Shown here: positions 60,612 to 64,000 of the stretch, in pieces
Position numbering within the stretch: the first letter of the stretch is position 1
How the letters are laid out: every line of letters begins with the position of its first letter
Assembly: GCA_964106645.2 (NCBI GenBank)
Contig: OZ067040.1
Reading direction: 5' to 3' (one strand)
From: Podarcis pityusensis
Taxonomy: Eukaryota
Length of the DNA: 64,000 nucleotides
The notes under the pieces: model-generated
Told to the model about the DNA's origin: nothing
The model's input: only the letters and a program-made list of their open reading frames with translations
Databases searched by the model: none
Translations under genes and position numbers: made by a program

Positions 60612-63548
60612 TATATGTATACTGGAGGTAATTTTCTAGATAGCTTTTAAAAAGATTTTAAAATGTATTAGTCACCTTCTTTAAACCTGCATTGGTTGTT
60701 TTCAATGTCAGTTTATACATAAATTTACAGTTCATTGTACATTGTTCTTCCAACAGATCAGTAGGTATTGCTTATGATCTCTGACATTGTCTGATATATA
60801 GGGCCTTTTCAATAATCATTGGTGGCTATTTACTGAATTTTTTATTTTTAAAATATATTTTATGGCTTTTAAATGCATTTTCATAGGCTTTGTTGCTAGG
60901 TTTTTAAAATAGGCCTTTAATTTAATTACAGATTTTCAAAATAAAGGTATGATTCATTGATTAAACGTATGTGATAAACATGGCTGGATCAACCCATTTG
61001 AATTATAAATAAAATCTGGTGTATCTACAAGCAGCATTAGCTATGACTCATAAACAATAGAGCAGACTGACAATAAAAGTAAGTTAAGCTTCTTGTTGTT
61101 CATGTTGGCATTGTTATATTGTTTGAACTGTGGCAGTTCCAAGTGAACAAGTGATAAGGTTACTGTTGGATAAACAGGTTAAAAAAAAAAATCCTTGTTT
61201 GGAATTTAATCTGCCAGACCTACAGGCTCAGAAGTTTTTCTAATCAGCTTGCCAGGTGCTTTGCATGCAAGTGATTGATCTTTGGCTGAAGTACTGGATA
61301 AATCAGAGGTTCCAGTTACTTTCACGTTGTGGGTCTGGCAGCTCTTGGCTCATGCAAGGATTCACAAATACTGTTCTTTATGGCTGGTTTCGAACTTCTT
61401 GATCTAGTCAAGAATGTAATTCCCCAAAGGTGGTCTGTTATAGTTATAAGTTATATAGATTGACATTTCCTAGGAAAGTAGTGGTGAGTTGTGGATTGTG
61501 TTTGAGAGTGATGGAGGAGATGCCTTTATTTTTCAGAGTTAATTCTGCAACCTATAGCTGTTTATTCAAGTGTACTTCTTATTATTCTTTGAATATGCCT
61601 AAGTAACTTGAATGGGGGTTGCAGCTAAATTTATGTACAGCTTGCCTTTTCGTAATTTAAAAGCAACATGGTAAAATAACATCTAGAAATCGAAGCTTTG
61701 GAAGGTTAAAATAAAACAGATTGGCCTGTAAAGAATGATAATGATTAGCTGTGGATAGTGAACTGGCTTTCTTGGTCTTATAACAAACTCATGCAATTCA
61801 AGCTATGTAGAACAAAGTTGTGACTGATTTTGTTTACATTACGAAAGCTGTGGACCACATGCTATTTATGATACTATGAGGTGGGTAGCAGCTCATAGGA
61901 GCCAATTAAATAGCACTGTGTTGTTTCTATCTTATCTATCTCTTGCTACTTCTTCCATAGTGCTGCCATTTCTGGAGGAATTTTGAAATAGGTTGAGTCC
62001 CCTGATTGAAGCTTTGAGGGGGGTAAGACTGTAGCACTTAAAGTCACGGCAATAGGTCAACCGCAGAACTTGGCAGACCAGCAAGCAGGCAGCAGCAAAA
62101 TGCACAGAAGGATAGTCCAGTGTCAGGATCTGGGGATAGTGCATAGTGATTTCCAATAGACTAAGGTACAAGCAACATTTTATGATAATCATGTGGTTTG
62201 CCCTTGAGTGCGATAATTTTCTTTATTTCTGTAATTATTTCTTAATTAAATTTCTACCTCTCCGTTCCTCCCAAAGGAGCCCAGGATGGCAAACACCAAA
62301 GTGGTAAAACAACATGAATGAAATTATCTGCAGGAAAGTGTATGCTTTAGGCTCACCTCTCCACAGCTTAGACTTCAGTTAACGGGGCATTGAATTTCTT
62401 CTGCAGCAAGTAGTCAGGCAAAACTAGCAAGCACTCAGGCAAAACTGGTGTGTCTCTTGTTGCAACTGGGAGTGGCATGGTGGCAAAAATAGGATGCCCA
62501 AAACTAAGGAAAAGAGGTCATTGGTATCCAAGAGTGTTAGCAAGGAAACACTTGAGGGACAGGAGTAGAGCAGTCTTGCTGCTAGATAGTCCAGAAACAG
62601 TATATATATCCAATTATCAGGATCCTTGATGCCCCAGGCACTCCGTTAGCACACCAGAAGTTTCCAGAGTCCTAGACCATAACATTCAACTATTTTAAAC
62701 CTACATTTGGAATTGCTTAATGTAACTGTAGAGCATGGCAAATAACCTTTCTGATAGCAGGTACAAGTCTAGTCTTAAGTATGCCCTGAACATCTATAGC
62801 CATTTTAAAAAAACAAAAACCCTCCTACCCAGTTAAACAATCATACTTAGTGTTGCTTTAGTAATTCACTGGCATGCTTACGTTCTGTCTCATTTTATTT
62901 CAGTGCTTTCCAACAACATGATTTGAACACTGGTTTGACAGGAGATTTTGTTGATAAAGTGATGGCATTGTGCAAATAAAAGTGGCTTTCTCAAATGCTT
63001 TAGAGTATATCCTCAACACATATCCTATGGATTCAATATTGACAGAGCAGTACAGCAGTAAATCTTTTGTGGATTAATTTGAAATTGGTATTTCCAGTTT
63101 CATTTATCTTTATAGTACAGGTAAAAATAAGTTCTGAAGGAAAATATGCACTGGCTCAATTAACTTTCAAGTTCTATTACGTTTGCTAATCTTCTGGTAT
63201 ATTGACAGACTACCTTTGCGTTGTTTATAGGTATAACCTGTATGCTAATATAAACATAAAGACTTTATTATCTGTTCTTGCTTTTAAACACTGCTTATGA
63301 AGTTTCTGGATGGCTTTTAAGGTTTGACATTCACTAGCTCAAATGCAAACATGTTTGCCTGGGAAGACGCTTGAATATTGGGGAAACGTTATTGTCTACA
63401 GAAACAGTTCTTTAAAAGTAGTAGTCACTATAATTCTTCAAGAGCTTTTTACATCAAGATGACAAACTTCATATTGCACTTAAAATAGTTTATTCATGTC
63501 CACTGAAAATGGTTTAATAATAACCATTCCTTTCTTATTTTTCTGTAG

Positions 63549-63677
63549 GATGGATCATTGGGCAACATTGATGACCTGGCTGAGCAATATGCAGAATATT
63601 ATAATACCTGCCTTACTGATGTATGTGAGAGGATGGAAGAGCTTCGCAAACGGAGGGTTTCCCAAGACCTTGATGTG
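63549..63677 (+). CDS. SASH1: SASH1 exon 2 (43 aa)
   Basis: [43 protein letters not shown], near-identical to mammalian SASH1. AG acceptor at 63547-63548, GTAAGT donor at 63678. Confidence 0.97.
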
Positions 63678-64000
63678 GTAAGTGGATAAGTAATAGTGTC
63701 CACTGATACTTGCATTAATAGTGCAAGCTAATACTCATTTTAAGAGCTCAGGAATGTTTAGCCTCGTGTCTAGGAAAACAATATTCAAGATCAGTTTTGC
63801 GTTGAATACACAGATATAATCTTTGTTAAGTAGAAATCCATCCATTTAATAGTATTCTGGAAGGGCTGGGGAGGGGGACTTATTTTAAATTATACTTTAA
63901 CCCAGTCTTCCCCCAACCTGGTTTCCCCTAGATGTTTTACACTGATCTCCTAAGCAATTTTTTTCTGCGCCCCTACTCCTTTCAAGAGCTCACTGATTTT

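Larger units (their letters stand above)
37532..63548 (+). other. SASH1: SASH1 intron 1 (26,017 bp, GT-AG, phase 0)
   Basis: GTGAGT donor. Polypyrimidine tract TTCCTTTCTTATTTTTCTGTAG acceptor. The spliced frame reads ...GIL|[10 protein letters not shown]... Confidence 0.92.

Noticed and set aside
59388-60631. Six overlapping ORFs of 251-389 aa on both strands
   Set aside because: They are artefacts of a stop-free, GC-rich, palindromic 118-bp repeat inside a MITE. The translations just cycle the same peptides and show no transposase or other domain.
63496-63681. ORF-track 61-aa peptide
   Set aside because: Wrong frame over SASH1 exon 2. The true frame starts at the acceptor at 63549.

Overview
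This is vertebrate DNA from a squamate, most likely a lacertid lizard, judged from the Sauria/Squam1, Squam2-like and Squam3-like SINEs. The only recognisable protein-coding gene is SASH1 on the + strand. It has a CpG-island first coding exon (CDS 37436-37531), a 26,017-bp intron 1 and a 129-bp exon 2 (63549-63677), and the gene continues past the window. The rest is upstream or intronic DNA rich in transposon remnants: Sauria SINEs, L2 and CR1 fragments, Tigger-like, Tc2/pogo-like and hAT MITEs, a Penelope terminal-repeat remnant, and 5S- and tRNA-derived SINEs. The most unusual structure is a Tc2/pogo-type non-autonomous DNA transposon family (7137, 47337, 59471) whose copies share termini but carry different cassettes of GC-rich palindromes. 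One cassette is a 118-bp tandem array with 50-bp palindromes; another has three NF-kB-type palindromic sites inside SASH1 intron 1. Also notable are a candidate ATG-only alternative first exon near 14.5 kb, a SINE with a ~91-bp target-site duplication, and an inverted SINE pair in intron 1. Family names come from recall, not database searches. The long ORFs at 59.4-60.6 kb are repeat artefacts.
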